From contig CAJARJ010000018.1 in assembly GCA_903944345.1 (NCBI GenBank), positions 120,581 through 184,580 on the forward strand: a DNA stretch of 64,000 nucleotides. The letters run 5' to 3'. Positions 1-9,877 of this stretch are shown here, one piece after another (positions within the stretch are counted from its first letter, which is position 1; each line of letters begins with the position of its first letter). The position numbers and the translations under genes were made by a program. The notes under the pieces are model-generated. The model was not told where the DNA came from. It made no database searches and worked only from the letters and a program-made list of their open reading frames with translations. This stretch comes from Candidatus Omnitrophota bacterium (GTDB lineage Bacteria; Omnitrophota; Gorgyraeia; Zapsychrales; Fredricksoniimonadaceae).

Positions 1-1754
1 CCGCGATAACAATCAGAAAACTGTGCGCTTCTCTTCTGAAGGCTGTTAACCGGCAGGCGATCCCAAGGCAGGTTGGCCGGAGCCCCTATAACGTGAAAAG
101 AACCATTTGCAAGCAAGCTCATAACATTGAAAAAGTCGTGATTCAACGGCGTCCGGTAAGCTTTAGCTGTATAGTCTTGCCCTTTTAGAATGTCGCCCCT
201 CAAACAGGCCAGCTCCGCCAAAGATACACTCGATGGAGTCGGATGATCAAAAAAATCTGCCCGCACGGGGAAGAAATCATCATTAAATGACTCCATCCAC
301 ACATCTTCTTTCCTGAAAGCCTTTGTTTTCAAATAGAACTCCGCCATTTCCTCACCCCAAAGGCCAGTTTCTTCGTGAAGATAGGTTAAGAAAAGAAGCA
401 TAGCCGCATAATCCTGGAGGAACTCATCTTTCTGAAGCTGTCCAGCACAGGAACTATGCGCTAATCGTCCATTCTGATAGTGCCGTGCCAAAAGATTTCC
501 AGCCAGATCGCTGGCCTTGGTCAACTCTTCCTGGTAGCCAAGATACCGATGGGCATGAACAAAGCCGATACCCACAAGACAATTCCAGAAAGTAACAAAC
601 TTTTGATCCACAAAAGGCTGTGCCCGTTTCCTGCGTTCTTTCAAAAGAATAGCCTCAATCTCGTCCAATGAAGAATGATCTTTTCTGATCAGATGATTCT
701 TGCCTTCAAAATTTCCTGTAATCGAAATGTCATAAATCCGGCTAAATTGCGCATACTCTTGCTGTGTCAAAACCTGCGCCAGACTCTGCTGTCCCCAGAG
801 ATACGTTGCCCCTTCCTGATGATCCGTATCAGCATCATGTCCCGAATAATAAAGACCCTGACTCTCAAAAGTTTCATCCAGGCAATTCAACAGCTTCCTT
901 ACCACCCGGGAGTAAGTGTCTTTCCTGAAAACAGCGAATGCCAGACTGTAAACCCACACCAGCATAGCCTGGTCGTACAACATTTTCTCGAAATGAGGAA
1001 TTGTCCATTTCCGATCGACGCAATATCGAAAAAAGCCCCCCTGCAGATGATCGTGCAAGCCGCGCAAATACATATTGTCCAGGGTCTTCTCAAGGTCGAG
1101 CTTAACCTTTTCATCTCCGGAAGAAGCAAGGGAATAAAGCAGAAACACAAGCGTCGTATGCGGAGGGAATTTTGTACCCCGGCCAAAACCACCGAACTCG
1201 GGGTCAAAAGAGCCCCTTAGAATATTGACCAGATCCGCCTCTGTTTCGTAACTATCCTCTGCCCAGGTTAACGGCGGATCAAAAGATTTAACCTGTTGCC
1301 CGGAACGGGCATAATAATCTTTTACCTTCATTAAAATTTCGATAAAAGACACCCTGCCGTATTGCGGCTCAACAGGGGCATAGGTCATGGCATACATAGG
1401 ATGAAGATCAGGCGTGAGAAAAGCGTTTAGCGGCCACCCCCCGCCAACACCGGTGGCCGTTATGTAGGCCATCAAGTAATGATCAATATCGGGGCGCTGT
1501 TCCCGGTCAATCTTGATGGAAACAAAATGATCATTCAGGTACTGCGCGGCGCGCGCATCCTGAAAAGATTCCCGGGCCATCACATGACACCAATGACAGG
1601 TCGCATACCCGACAGAGACAAAAATTGGCTTTGAACTTTCCCAGGCATAATCCAGAGTTTCTTGAGTCCACTCCTGCCACCAGACCGGATTGTCCTTGTG
1701 TTGTTGAAGATAAGGCGATGAAGCCGTGTCGAGGTTATTCCTGGAGAAGTTCAT
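1..1754 (-). CDS. Thioredoxin-domain protein of the DUF255/YyaL family; the 3' end runs off the window start
   Basis: The ORF track misses it because the ORF is open-ended. Manual minus-strand translation from the ATG at 1754-1752 gives MNFSRNNLDTASSPYLQQHKDNPVWWQEWTQETLDYAWESSKPIFVSVGYATCHWCHVMARESF..., which contains the diagnostic CHWCH motif of DUF255 thioredoxin-like proteins. The plus-strand ORFs at 480-1220 are antisense shadows. Confidence 0.75.
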   Translation of the reverse strand, partial: MNFSRNNLDTASSPYLQQHKDNPVWWQEWTQETLDYAWESSKPIFVSVGYATCHWCHVMARESFQDARAAQYLNDHFVSIKIDREQRPDIDHYLMAYITATGVGGGWPLNAFLTPDLHPMYAMTYAPVEPQYGRVSFIEILMKVKDYYARSGQQVKSFDPPLTWAEDSYETEADLVNILRGSFDPEFGGFGRGTKFPPHTTLVFLLYSLASSGDEKVKLDLEKTLDNMYLRGLHDHLQGGFFRYCVDRKWTIPHFEKMLYDQAMLVWVYSLAFAVFRKDTYSRVVRKLLNCLDETFESQGLYYSGHDADTDHQEGATYLWGQQSLAQVLTQQEYAQFSRIYDISITGNFEGKNHLIRKDHSSLDEIEAILLKERRKRAQPFVDQKFVTFWNCLVGIGFVHAHRYLGYQEELTKASDLAGNLLARHYQNGRLAHSSCAGQLQKDEFLQDYAAMLLFLTYLHEETGLWGEEMAEFYLKTKAFRKEDVWMESFNDDFFPVRADFFDHPTPSSVSLAELACLRGDILKGQDYTAKAYRTPLNHDFFNVMSLLANGSFHVIGAPANLPWDRLPVNSLQKRSAQFSDCYR

Positions 1755-1800
1755 ACCCACCTGAATTCTGAAAAAAGATATCCCCCTCTAGCCGTACCCC

Positions 1801-2655
1801 CTAGTCATAGTCTATTCCTAATCGATCAATAGTCAATACGGCCAGCATCCGGCAAGACGCGTTTCCGTAAAACGTTCCGGTAACCGGCATTGTCTGTAAC
1901 GGATCAGCCGCGGCGCTCAAAGCAAGGTAATGATGATCACACGCCACCCCCTGGGCCGGATCGAACCCCCGCCATCCGGCTCCGGGCAAGAAAACCTCCA
2001 CCCAGGAATGAAGGTCCGCAGGGCCAGCCGCATCATCATTCAAGTAGTAACCGCTGACATACCGGCTGGCAATCCCCATCCGGCGGCAAAGAGCCATCGC
2101 CAAAACTGCGAAGTCCCGGCAACAGCCCTTGCGTTCCTTTAAAGTGAAAGCTGGTGCCCAGGCGGCACCCTCATTGCGCTGTTCATAAGAAAAGCCGTTG
2201 CAAACAGCCCGGCACAAGTTCGTCAGAAAAGAAAGCGTGTCCTGATTGCTGTCGGCAGCAAGACTAGCCGCAAAATCCGCGAGGGTGGATATTTCTTCCC
2301 GGTCCATATACGGCACAAGCGCAGCGGCCTGTTCCGACGGATAGACCATTGGCAATCGGGCACACGATACCGGATAGAAAATGAAGTGCAACGGATTAAA
2401 AGGTTCCACTCGCACCACCAACTCGCTGCGTATTTCCAAAAGATCGCAAGCCTTCCGAAACCAGGCCAGCATAACACGATCCCCGCCCGCATCCAGAACA
2501 CTGCTTGTCCCCGCCGGCTCCGGAGTAACTTTGAAGTCGTGCGAGTCAACACAACAGGTGCCCAGTCGCGGAAAAAGACGCAAATAATGCGGATCAAGCA
2601 CCACTTTGTCTGTATAGCGATAACTGGTCTGATGAACAATGCGAAAAGAAGTCAT
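1801..2655 (-). CDS. Transglutaminase-like cysteine protease (Bact_transglu_N plus transglutaminase core)
   Basis: MTSFRIVHQTSYRYT matches the Bact_transglu_N start. The GCCRDFA catalytic Cys motif and a HSWVEV His motif are present. The start is set at the internal Met so that it abuts the Anbu stop at 2657; the ORF track extends it to 2724. Confidence 0.85.
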   Translation of the reverse strand: MTSFRIVHQTSYRYTDKVVLDPHYLRLFPRLGTCCVDSHDFKVTPEPAGTSSVLDAGGDRVMLAWFRKACDLLEIRSELVVRVEPFNPLHFIFYPVSCARLPMVYPSEQAAALVPYMDREEISTLADFAASLAADSNQDTLSFLTNLCRAVCNGFSYEQRNEGAAWAPAFTLKERKGCCRDFAVLAMALCRRMGIASRYVSGYYLNDDAAGPADLHSWVEVFLPGAGWRGFDPAQGVACDHHYLALSAAADPLQTMPVTGTFYGNASCRMLAVLTIDRLGIDYD

Positions 2656-2656
2656 C

Positions 2657-3400
2657 TTACTGCTGCTGCCCCTGTTCATAATTTTCAAGCAACTCATTGG
2701 CCCAGTCCTCGGGAAACTCCTCAATACCCTGAGAAATTTTTGCCTGCCACCAGTTCGAATAGCGCATCATCTGCTCGTGGGTCAACTGCTGGGTGGCCAT
2801 GTAAAAACTGTTCTTCCGGCAAAGAATCAGGTCAACCGGGTACCCGACGTCATTCGAACTCACCTGCGTCGCATTGAATGAAAGGAATCCCACTTTCATG
2901 GCAAAATTGAGGCTGGACTCATACCGCAGGGCGCGATCCAGGATCGGCTTACCATGGCTCGTATTGCCGATAATAAAATAAGGATTCGCATCGCCCACCT
3001 CCACCCAGTTGCCCTCGGGGAAAACCATAAAGAGTTTATGCTCCGGGTCGTCCTCAAGCTGTCCGGCAATAAGCGCGTGAATATTGAAATCATAATGCGC
3101 CGCTTCAAGCGCCTTGCGGTCTTCATCGCTTACCCGACGGATCTGTGCTCCGAAAGCATTCACCAACTGGTAGAGCTTGCGATACTCGAAACCGGACTCT
3201 TCCACTATCTCGTTAAAGTAAATCATGGCCTTGTCGCGCAGCGCCCGCAGGCCGGAGGTCATGAAAAAAACGGCATACTTGCCTTTTTTCTGCTGAATAA
3301 TAACCTTTTTGGCTGTCAGCGTCTGATTACCCGTAGTAATCCGCGTATCTGCCAGTCCAATCAACCCCTCTTTTACCTTGATCCCGAGACAATATGACAT
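2657..3400 (-). CDS. Anbu (ancestral beta-subunit) proteasome-type peptidase
   Basis: The N-terminus MSYCLGIKVKEGLIGLADTRITTGN matches the Anbu signature (T/S-YCLGI...D-T/S-R). Its length of 247 aa and its position within the ATP-grasp/Alpha-E operon also fit. Confidence 0.8.
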   Translation of the reverse strand: MSYCLGIKVKEGLIGLADTRITTGNQTLTAKKVIIQQKKGKYAVFFMTSGLRALRDKAMIYFNEIVEESGFEYRKLYQLVNAFGAQIRRVSDEDRKALEAAHYDFNIHALIAGQLEDDPEHKLFMVFPEGNWVEVGDANPYFIIGNTSHGKPILDRALRYESSLNFAMKVGFLSFNATQVSSNDVGYPVDLILCRKNSFYMATQQLTHEQMMRYSNWWQAKISQGIEEFPEDWANELLENYEQGQQQ

Positions 3401-3415
3401 AAAGCTCCGCTTCTG

Positions 3416-4357
3416 TTAATGCACCTGATTAAAAAACGTATGGAATATTTCTTCCCCAAGGCAGTTTAGCCTTACCTGAAAATCATCCAGATACTCGTGT
3501 AACCCGTGATGAACCACATCATCTACATCATTAAAACTGAACCGGGCAATGATCTTGCCCAGCTCTTTCTCGGCCGCATTACCGAACGCTCCCACGGGAG
3601 CGCCGGAAATGGCATGTAACGAACGATCCGCCTCCAGCAGCGAGAAATGGATAGCTCGCGGAAACTCCCGGTCAAAAACTAGCAGTTCCAGGATATTGCG
3701 AAAATCCATCCCCCCGTATTTCTTGCGATACACCTCATAAGCGCTCGTCGACTTGAGCAGCGCCGACCACTGCAACAGGTCAATCGCAGTCCCGACATCC
3801 TCGATTCTGGGCAGCAGATAAAAATACTTCATGTCAATGATCCGGGCCGTCTTGTCTGCCCGCTCGAGCAAGCGCCCGAGATTGGCAAAATGATACGACT
3901 CGTTATGCATAAGCGTTGAATCCATAATACCATTAAACAAGTGCGTCCCGTTCTTGATATCACGATACAGGTCAGACAAGTTCCCGTGCCTCTTCATCGT
4001 CATATCCTTCACAGACAAATAAAGTTCGTTTATCTGACGCCACATCTCGCTGGAAATAATCTCGCGCACCGTCCGTGCATTCTCCCTCGCCTGGGTCAGG
4101 CAACTCAGGATGGAATTGGGATTATTTCTGTTGAACGTCAGAAACTCAACAACCGCCTCGCGGGAATACTCGCCGTACTGGGATTCAAACAGAATGTCAT
4201 CCCCGGTAACACGCACCAGCGGTTGCCACTGTTCCGGCAAATCCCTGGGCAAATCGATACTTAACGAAATATTAACATCCATAAACCGGGCATAATTCTC
4301 CGCCCGTTCGATGCAACGATTCATCCAGTAAATAGAATCCGCCACCCGACTAAGCAT
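3416..4357 (-). CDS. Alpha-E domain protein (COG2307)
   Basis: MLSRVADSIYWMNRCIERAENYARFMDVN is a typical Alpha-E start. The ATG overlaps the upstream stop in the sequence ATGCTTAG, which suggests translational coupling. Confidence 0.8.
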   Translation of the reverse strand: MLSRVADSIYWMNRCIERAENYARFMDVNISLSIDLPRDLPEQWQPLVRVTGDDILFESQYGEYSREAVVEFLTFNRNNPNSILSCLTQARENARTVREIISSEMWRQINELYLSVKDMTMKRHGNLSDLYRDIKNGTHLFNGIMDSTLMHNESYHFANLGRLLERADKTARIIDMKYFYLLPRIEDVGTAIDLLQWSALLKSTSAYEVYRKKYGGMDFRNILELLVFDREFPRAIHFSLLEADRSLHAISGAPVGAFGNAAEKELGKIIARFSFNDVDDVVHHGLHEYLDDFQVRLNCLGEEIFHTFFNQVH

Positions 4358-5807
4358 GATCCACGCTCCCTTCCGCATTGCTCAGAACCCACGTATCTTT
4401 GGAACCGCCGCCCTGGGAAGAATTAACAACAAGCGACCCCTTGCACAAAGCAACACGGGTAAGCCCTCCCGAGAGAACCAGCGGTTCTTTTCCGAACAGG
4501 ATAAACGGCCGCAGATCAACATGCCGGCCTTCCAGCCCGTTGCCAATGAGCGTCGGAACCCGGGAAAGCGCCATGATCGGCTGAGCGATATAATTACGGG
4601 GGTCCTTCCTGATCTTGCCGATAAAATCCTCCTGCTGCGCCCGGGTGGAGGCAGATCCGACCAGCATGCCGTACCCGCCCGATTGACCGGATTCCTTGAC
4701 AACCATTTTCTCTATATTGGCAATAACATGCTCCCGTTCTTGCGGACGCCAGCACAAATACGTCGGGACATTGGGCAGGACAGGATCCTCGTGCAAATAA
4801 TACCTGATCATATCGGGCACAAAAGCGCAAATAACCTTGTCATCCGCCACCCCTGTACCGGGCGCATTGGCAAGCACCACCCGCCCTTTACGATACACAT
4901 CAAACAGTCCGGGCACGCCCAGCAGGGAATCGGAACGAAACACCTGAGGATCCAGCGACTCGTCGTCTACCCGACGATAAATTACATCAACCTGTTTAAG
5001 TCCACGGGTTGTCCGCATACAGCAAACCCCGTTATCCACAACAAGATCCCGCCCTTCGACCAGCTCCACCCCCATTTGCTGGGCCAGGAACGAGTGTTCA
5101 AAATAGGCAGAATTGTAAATACCCGGTGTCAGCACCACCACGTTCGGTTCCGGCACATCAGAGAGATATTCCAGCATCTCCAGAAGGCGCAGCGGGTACG
5201 TATTGACCGGACACACGTGGGTTCGCTCAAAGACTCCCGGGAACACGCGCTTCATGATCTCGCGATTCTCCAGAACATATGACACGCCGGAAGGAACACG
5301 GCAGTTATCTTCCAGCACATAATAGTGCCCGTCAGAATGGCGAATAAGATCAATCCCGCTGATATTGACCCAGCGGTTCCTGGGCGGATGGATTCCTTCG
5401 CAAGCCTTGAGATATCCCGACGAAGATTCAATGATCTCCTGCGGGACAACCTTGTCTTTAATCACGAGTTTCTTGCCATAGACATCATCAAGGAACGCAT
5501 CCAGTGCACGGACGCGCTGGATCAACCCCCGCTCGATCCCGCTCCATTCTTCGGCAGAAACGATCCTGGGCAGAAGGTCAAAGGGCATGGTGCGCTCGAC
5601 CCCTTCTCCCTCGGAATAAACGTTAAACGTAATGCCGCGGGCGATATAAGTTCTTTCGGCCGCGTGCTGTTTGGCCCTCAACTCATCCAGACTTATTGCC
5701 TGCAGATCATTAATAAAGGAACGGTAAGCCGGACGGACATCGCCGGAAGGGAAAAAGACCTCGTCGTAGAAACCGTCGGACTGATAGGACTGCAGTAGAT
5801 CTTTCAT
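4350..5807 (-). CDS. Circularly permuted ATP-grasp amidoligase (COG2308)
   Basis: MKDLLQSYQSDGFYDEVFFPSGDVRPAYRSF is a characteristic start. A GGGAGG ribosome binding site lies 6 nt upstream of the ATG at 5807. The ORF track's 5843 start is a TTG. Confidence 0.85.
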   Translation of the reverse strand: MKDLLQSYQSDGFYDEVFFPSGDVRPAYRSFINDLQAISLDELRAKQHAAERTYIARGITFNVYSEGEGVERTMPFDLLPRIVSAEEWSGIERGLIQRVRALDAFLDDVYGKKLVIKDKVVPQEIIESSSGYLKACEGIHPPRNRWVNISGIDLIRHSDGHYYVLEDNCRVPSGVSYVLENREIMKRVFPGVFERTHVCPVNTYPLRLLEMLEYLSDVPEPNVVVLTPGIYNSAYFEHSFLAQQMGVELVEGRDLVVDNGVCCMRTTRGLKQVDVIYRRVDDESLDPQVFRSDSLLGVPGLFDVYRKGRVVLANAPGTGVADDKVICAFVPDMIRYYLHEDPVLPNVPTYLCWRPQEREHVIANIEKMVVKESGQSGGYGMLVGSASTRAQQEDFIGKIRKDPRNYIAQPIMALSRVPTLIGNGLEGRHVDLRPFILFGKEPLVLSGGLTRVALCKGSLVVNSSQGGGSKDTWVLSNAEGSVDHA

Positions 5808-5962
5808 CCCGGCCTCCCTGATATAATAAAAAAAGCCCGACAAAAGAAAATTCTTTTGCCGGGCTCCATTACCCCTGAAAACAACATCAATATCGTTTCA
5901 ATCGTCACTATATCGGCATATGCGTCCGCTGTCAAGAAAAGTAAAACCTCTGCCGGCCTTTT

Positions 5963-7003
5963 TCATCTGCTGCCGTTTGCTAAACTCATCCCTTTAAGGT
6001 AGCCGAACCCGACCAGGCGGCAATGCTCTTCATCCCACAGGCGAAACGACAACGAACGAAAACTGTCCCGCAACGTAACTGGCGTGATCTTCTGAAAAAC
6101 AGGATTTTCCAGGTAGCACTTTTCCAGTAAATAATTGGGAATCCGGGGGTTCAGATGGTGAATGTGATGAAACCCTATATTGCCAGTAAACCATTGCAAT
6201 ACCCTGGGGAGTTTATAAAATGAGCTCCCCTTAAGCGCTGCGGTAACGTAGCTCCACCTATCGCTACGCTCCCAATAAGCTCCCTCAAACTGATGCTGCA
6301 CATAAAATATCCATACGCCAACAATCGCTGCTACCGTAATTGAGGGTATCTGGATCAAAAGAAATGCCTTCCACCCCACCAAGAATATCAACCCCGCAGC
6401 AACGAGCACAATGCCCAGATTGGTAAGGTGAATCCCCCTGCGGGCGCCCCGGTCCGTACTGCCTGACGGGATCCGGTGCAACACAAGAAAAAGAAACGGA
6501 GGAATGACTGTAAACAGAAATAGCGGATTCCTTAGAAAACGATAGGCCCAGCGCCTGTAACGGGGTGCCTGCAGATACTCGGATACGGTCATAGTCCACA
6601 CACAGCCGAAACCACGGCCATCAAGATTTCCGGATGACATGTGATGTCGATTGTGTTCCTCCCGCCAGGGAGCATAGGCAGTATGAATAATAACCCCGGT
6701 AATAACCCCCAGCAACTGATTCGCCCACAAGGACTTGAAAAATGCCCCGTGTACACAGTCGTGAAATATGATAAAGACCCGAACCAGAAAACCTCCCGCC
6801 AGAATCGCCAGCGCAAGGGTCAGCCAATACGATACCTGCAGACTAACGAACATGAGATACCAAACAATGGCATACGGGACAATCGTATTGACAATCTGCC
6901 AAAGACTCGCTCCCAGCCGGGGTTTTTCATATTTGGTAACCAGCCCAACCAGGAACCGTGCAAATACAGCGTCATTTTCTTTACCAGAGGTATTGTTACC
7001 CAT
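5963..7003 (-). CDS. Membrane fatty-acid desaturase
   Basis: Three histidine boxes are present: HDCVH, HNRHH and HHIHH. The protein is strongly hydrophobic. The likely start is MGNNTSGK. Confidence 0.85.
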   Translation of the reverse strand: MGNNTSGKENDAVFARFLVGLVTKYEKPRLGASLWQIVNTIVPYAIVWYLMFVSLQVSYWLTLALAILAGGFLVRVFIIFHDCVHGAFFKSLWANQLLGVITGVIIHTAYAPWREEHNRHHMSSGNLDGRGFGCVWTMTVSEYLQAPRYRRWAYRFLRNPLFLFTVIPPFLFLVLHRIPSGSTDRGARRGIHLTNLGIVLVAAGLIFLVGWKAFLLIQIPSITVAAIVGVWIFYVQHQFEGAYWERSDRWSYVTAALKGSSFYKLPRVLQWFTGNIGFHHIHHLNPRIPNYLLEKCYLENPVFQKITPVTLRDSFRSLSFRLWDEEHCRLVGFGYLKGMSLANGSR

Positions 7004-7294
7004 AACAACCTTTCTCCAAGGCAATAGCAAATGTCCCTTATAGTTGAGTCGTTCGAAAACAGGAACGGATTACATATTGTTTTGATCTTCTCTGTGCTCA
7101 CTTCCCGCTCAAAACAAATGTAAGGTCTGAAGATCGCAGCTTGACCAACAGGACAGGAAAAAACAACCCCCACCATAAGGAGGATGTATAAGCAACTGTG
7201 ACATCTACGATAAAAGCTGTTCAAGCCCGTCCACGGAATTCTGTAACGGAAGTCCACTGGGAAGCAGCCTTTAGGCAACTGCTAACAAAAGCTC

Positions 7295-7331
7295 GAACCC
7301 TTGCCCTACTCGAGGAGCAAGACAAGGGTTC
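7295..7331 (-). terminator. Putative intrinsic terminator after the 7373-8308 gene
   Basis: Inverted repeat gaacccttg...caagggttc, followed on the minus strand by GAGCTTTTGTT. Confidence 0.35.
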
Positions 7332-7372
7332 ATGATTCAAGTTCGGGACACACAATTGTTTTCTGATGTTTT

Positions 7373-8308
7373 TTAGAGAGCAGACTTCGTTTCCTGGCAC
7401 CGTATCAGCTCGACAAGTTCTTTTAATTTCCCGGAACCAATTCCCCGGCCAAGCTTGAAATGCACAATCCCTGCGCGTAACTGCATCCTGACAGTCTTGC
7501 GGATATTGATAGGAAAAAAACAATGCTTAACCGCACCGCAGTTGAAAAGGCGCGCAAGAACAAACTGACCCGCCTCAAACAACACCTTAAAATCTGACAT
7601 CTTTAGCATCGAGATCTTGTTCTGACGACTGATATAGGCGTAGTGATCGTAACAATTGCACCCGTTCGAACAATAGGTATTGGCTATAACAATAATTTTC
7701 TGCTGACTCTCAAGCGCCAGTTCCTTTAACAACGACTCTCGACGAGAATCCTGAGGGGTAAAAATAACCGCGTCATACTGCCTGCAATCAGCACGATACA
7801 TGGTCATGGTCTCCCGGGGAGTCAATATTCTGTCCGGAGCCACATACTTCGTACACGAACCAAAATAAGCCAACCTGTTGCCAAGGTCATGCCGAAGCCG
7901 GTCTTCAAGAACCCTGTTATTGATAATGACTCCGTTACGAACTCCGTACGTCTCGCCAAGCTCTGCCAATTTTCTTATCGGCTTCAACGCCGAGTCTTGC
8001 AGATCATTCGCTTCTACAAAAAGGTTGGTCAGTACAGCGTGAAAGGGAATACCTTTGGCATTGATCATTCTCACCGTACGAAAAAACTTGTCGGAAACCC
8101 GATCAAGCTGGGGCCTGCCCATTCTGAACAGAAACCTGTCCCACAAAAACTGTCCGTCCAGAGTGTAATTAAACCGCCCGCCGTGCAGCGGTGAATCCGG
8201 AATGCCCCCAAAGACACGTATTGCAACATCCGGCAACCGATTAAAGCGATCCAGCTGATTAAGAGAATACGAATATAGCGGCACTTCTATTGAATACTTT
8301 TTGGACAT
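7373..8308 (-). CDS. Hypothetical protein with Cys-rich motifs (CSNGCNCYDHYAY; FNCGAVKHC)
   Basis: A 311-aa ORF with no recognisable family. It sits downstream of the outer membrane protein gene on the same strand. Confidence 0.5.
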   Translation of the reverse strand: MSKKYSIEVPLYSYSLNQLDRFNRLPDVAIRVFGGIPDSPLHGGRFNYTLDGQFLWDRFLFRMGRPQLDRVSDKFFRTVRMINAKGIPFHAVLTNLFVEANDLQDSALKPIRKLAELGETYGVRNGVIINNRVLEDRLRHDLGNRLAYFGSCTKYVAPDRILTPRETMTMYRADCRQYDAVIFTPQDSRRESLLKELALESQQKIIVIANTYCSNGCNCYDHYAYISRQNKISMLKMSDFKVLFEAGQFVLARLFNCGAVKHCFFPINIRKTVRMQLRAGIVHFKLGRGIGSGKLKELVELIRCQETKSAL

Positions 8309-8368
8309 GATATTATTTAGAAAACCACCAATAAATGTTACCGGAGAAAATCCACCTCCGGTCTGCTG

Positions 8369-9577
8369 TTAAAACTTGTAAGCCAACCCGAGATCGATGG
8401 AATACTGGGACATTTTTGTTTCCGCCGAATTAATAAACTGCTGGGCGAAGTTTTCCGCACGGAATGTTATTCGTGGCGCGTACATTGCCCCGATATTCAG
8501 CGAAAGAGCATCAGTTATGCGCACTCCAGCCCCAAGGGTGAAGTGATGTTCCGCAATCGCCGGGAAAGCCACCCCTTCAAAAAGACGATCCTGGTCGAGC
8601 GGATTCTTCCCATAATTATAACCGGCACGCAGCGTCAGAAGCCTGTTGAGATCATACTCAGCACCGATTTTGTAAACAAACTGGTTCTCCCAGTTCATGT
8701 TCCACGGTGTAGCCCCGCTGCTGTTTTCGGAATAAACAGGCTCCCCCTCACCCGTGCATTGCGGCCAGTTAATCCACGACACATCAAGCGCAACACGAAA
8801 TGTTTTTACAGGTTTGAACGCAACGCCCGCAGTAAGCGTTTGCGGCTGGTCAAAATTCATCTTGTCTGTTCCGCGGTCAGTATTGAATTTGAAATCCTGG
8901 AAATCCTGAAAACTTTCATAAGATAATCCGAGAGAAACCTCCTCGACGAGCTTGTAAATGGCCCCTACCGTATAACCCAACCCCCAGGCCACTCCTCCAT
9001 GATGCTGAACCTGGGAAGGATCTCCGGCTTCAAAGTCCATGGTAGCATAATCGATATTGGGAGCAAACCCCAGAACAAGCTTTTCATTTACATTCCAGGC
9101 CAGCGCAGGTGCGATCTTCAGAAGCGAGTATTGCGTATAGGTCTTGTTATTATAGAGATTACTTTCATACAAAACCCCCATCCCGGAAACACCGTAAGCT
9201 CCAAGACCCAAAGTGATAGTATCGTTCTTGTGCAGAACAAATCCCATGGCTGGTATCCATGAAGCGGCCGCATCCGATTTAATCTTGCGCCCGTTACTGG
9301 TAACCATGCCGGCATCACTGTGCGCAGAATAAGACACATGCGGCTCGAAATATGTCAGCCCTATATCCAGCCGCCGGTCCAAAAGACCTATCCCGGCCGG
9401 GTTGCTGATTGTAACAGAAGCATCCAGCGGCAGAGCTACGCCAGCCCCACCCATAGAACGCTGAACCGGCCCAACCCCAATAACTTTCATCCCGTTTGTG
9501 GCCTGGGCAAAGGAGGAAGAAAATATCAAAAATCCGGCTACAAGCACAATTAAAAAGAATTTTACTGTTACTTTCAT
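8369..9577 (-). CDS. Outer membrane beta-barrel transport protein, FadL/TodX-like
   Basis: Signal peptide MKVTVKFFLIVLVAGFLIFSSSFAQA. Alternating beta-strand pattern with Gly- and aromatic-rich stretches. C-terminal LAYKF ending in Phe, typical of outer membrane proteins. A GGAGAG ribosome binding site lies before the MKVTVK start. Confidence 0.6.
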   Translation of the reverse strand: MKVTVKFFLIVLVAGFLIFSSSFAQATNGMKVIGVGPVQRSMGGAGVALPLDASVTISNPAGIGLLDRRLDIGLTYFEPHVSYSAHSDAGMVTSNGRKIKSDAAASWIPAMGFVLHKNDTITLGLGAYGVSGMGVLYESNLYNNKTYTQYSLLKIAPALAWNVNEKLVLGFAPNIDYATMDFEAGDPSQVQHHGGVAWGLGYTVGAIYKLVEEVSLGLSYESFQDFQDFKFNTDRGTDKMNFDQPQTLTAGVAFKPVKTFRVALDVSWINWPQCTGEGEPVYSENSSGATPWNMNWENQFVYKIGAEYDLNRLLTLRAGYNYGKNPLDQDRLFEGVAFPAIAEHHFTLGAGVRITDALSLNIGAMYAPRITFRAENFAQQFINSAETKMSQYSIDLGLAYKF

Positions 9578-9877
9578 CTTTCTCTCCATTCTTGCAGTGT
9601 TATTAAATAAATTTACAACACTCTATACTGATAGTTTTTGAGACCCAATCCCCGATTGAGGAAAAAATATGTATCAGATTTCGCCTCGCATCAATTGCGA
9701 TTAACTCTATTGAGATAGTCGGAATTTAGCAAATATATATAAATTGTCAAGGCAATATTTCAAGCGCCTTTATTGGCATGGGAATAAACCGGGAGGCCGT
9801 AAGGGGAAAAAAATAATTGCGTGTGCGCTGATTATCACTCGGTAGTGTAAGAATTACCAACACAACAACCTTCTTCC

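Noticed and set aside
480-1220. Plus-strand ORFs of 63 and 181 aa at the window start
   Set aside because: They lie inside and antisense to the DUF255 thioredoxin-like gene, which reads cleanly on the minus strand from 1754.
4356-5282. 308-aa plus-strand ORF, plus similar long plus-strand ORFs at 47120-48250, 19471-20193, 26324-26995, 32197-33258 and 35883-36647
   Set aside because: Each lies antisense to a well-supported minus-strand gene (ATP-grasp, pgi, RND, NUDIX, purE/purD, LOG). The translations are Arg-, Pro- and His-rich low-complexity with no motifs. These are typical shadow ORFs of GC-rich coding DNA.
6820-7523. ORFs of 152 and 100 aa in the desaturase/hypothetical intergenic region
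   Set aside because: They overlap each other and the desaturase start. They have no ribosome binding site or motifs. The region is more plausibly promoter and terminator DNA.
9779-9800. Weak resemblance (gggaataaaccgggagg) to the tmRNA T-arm region, considered as a second att repeat
   Set aside because: Only about 15 of 21 match, and it corresponds to an internal rather than 3'-terminal part of ssrA. It is not convincing without an aligner.
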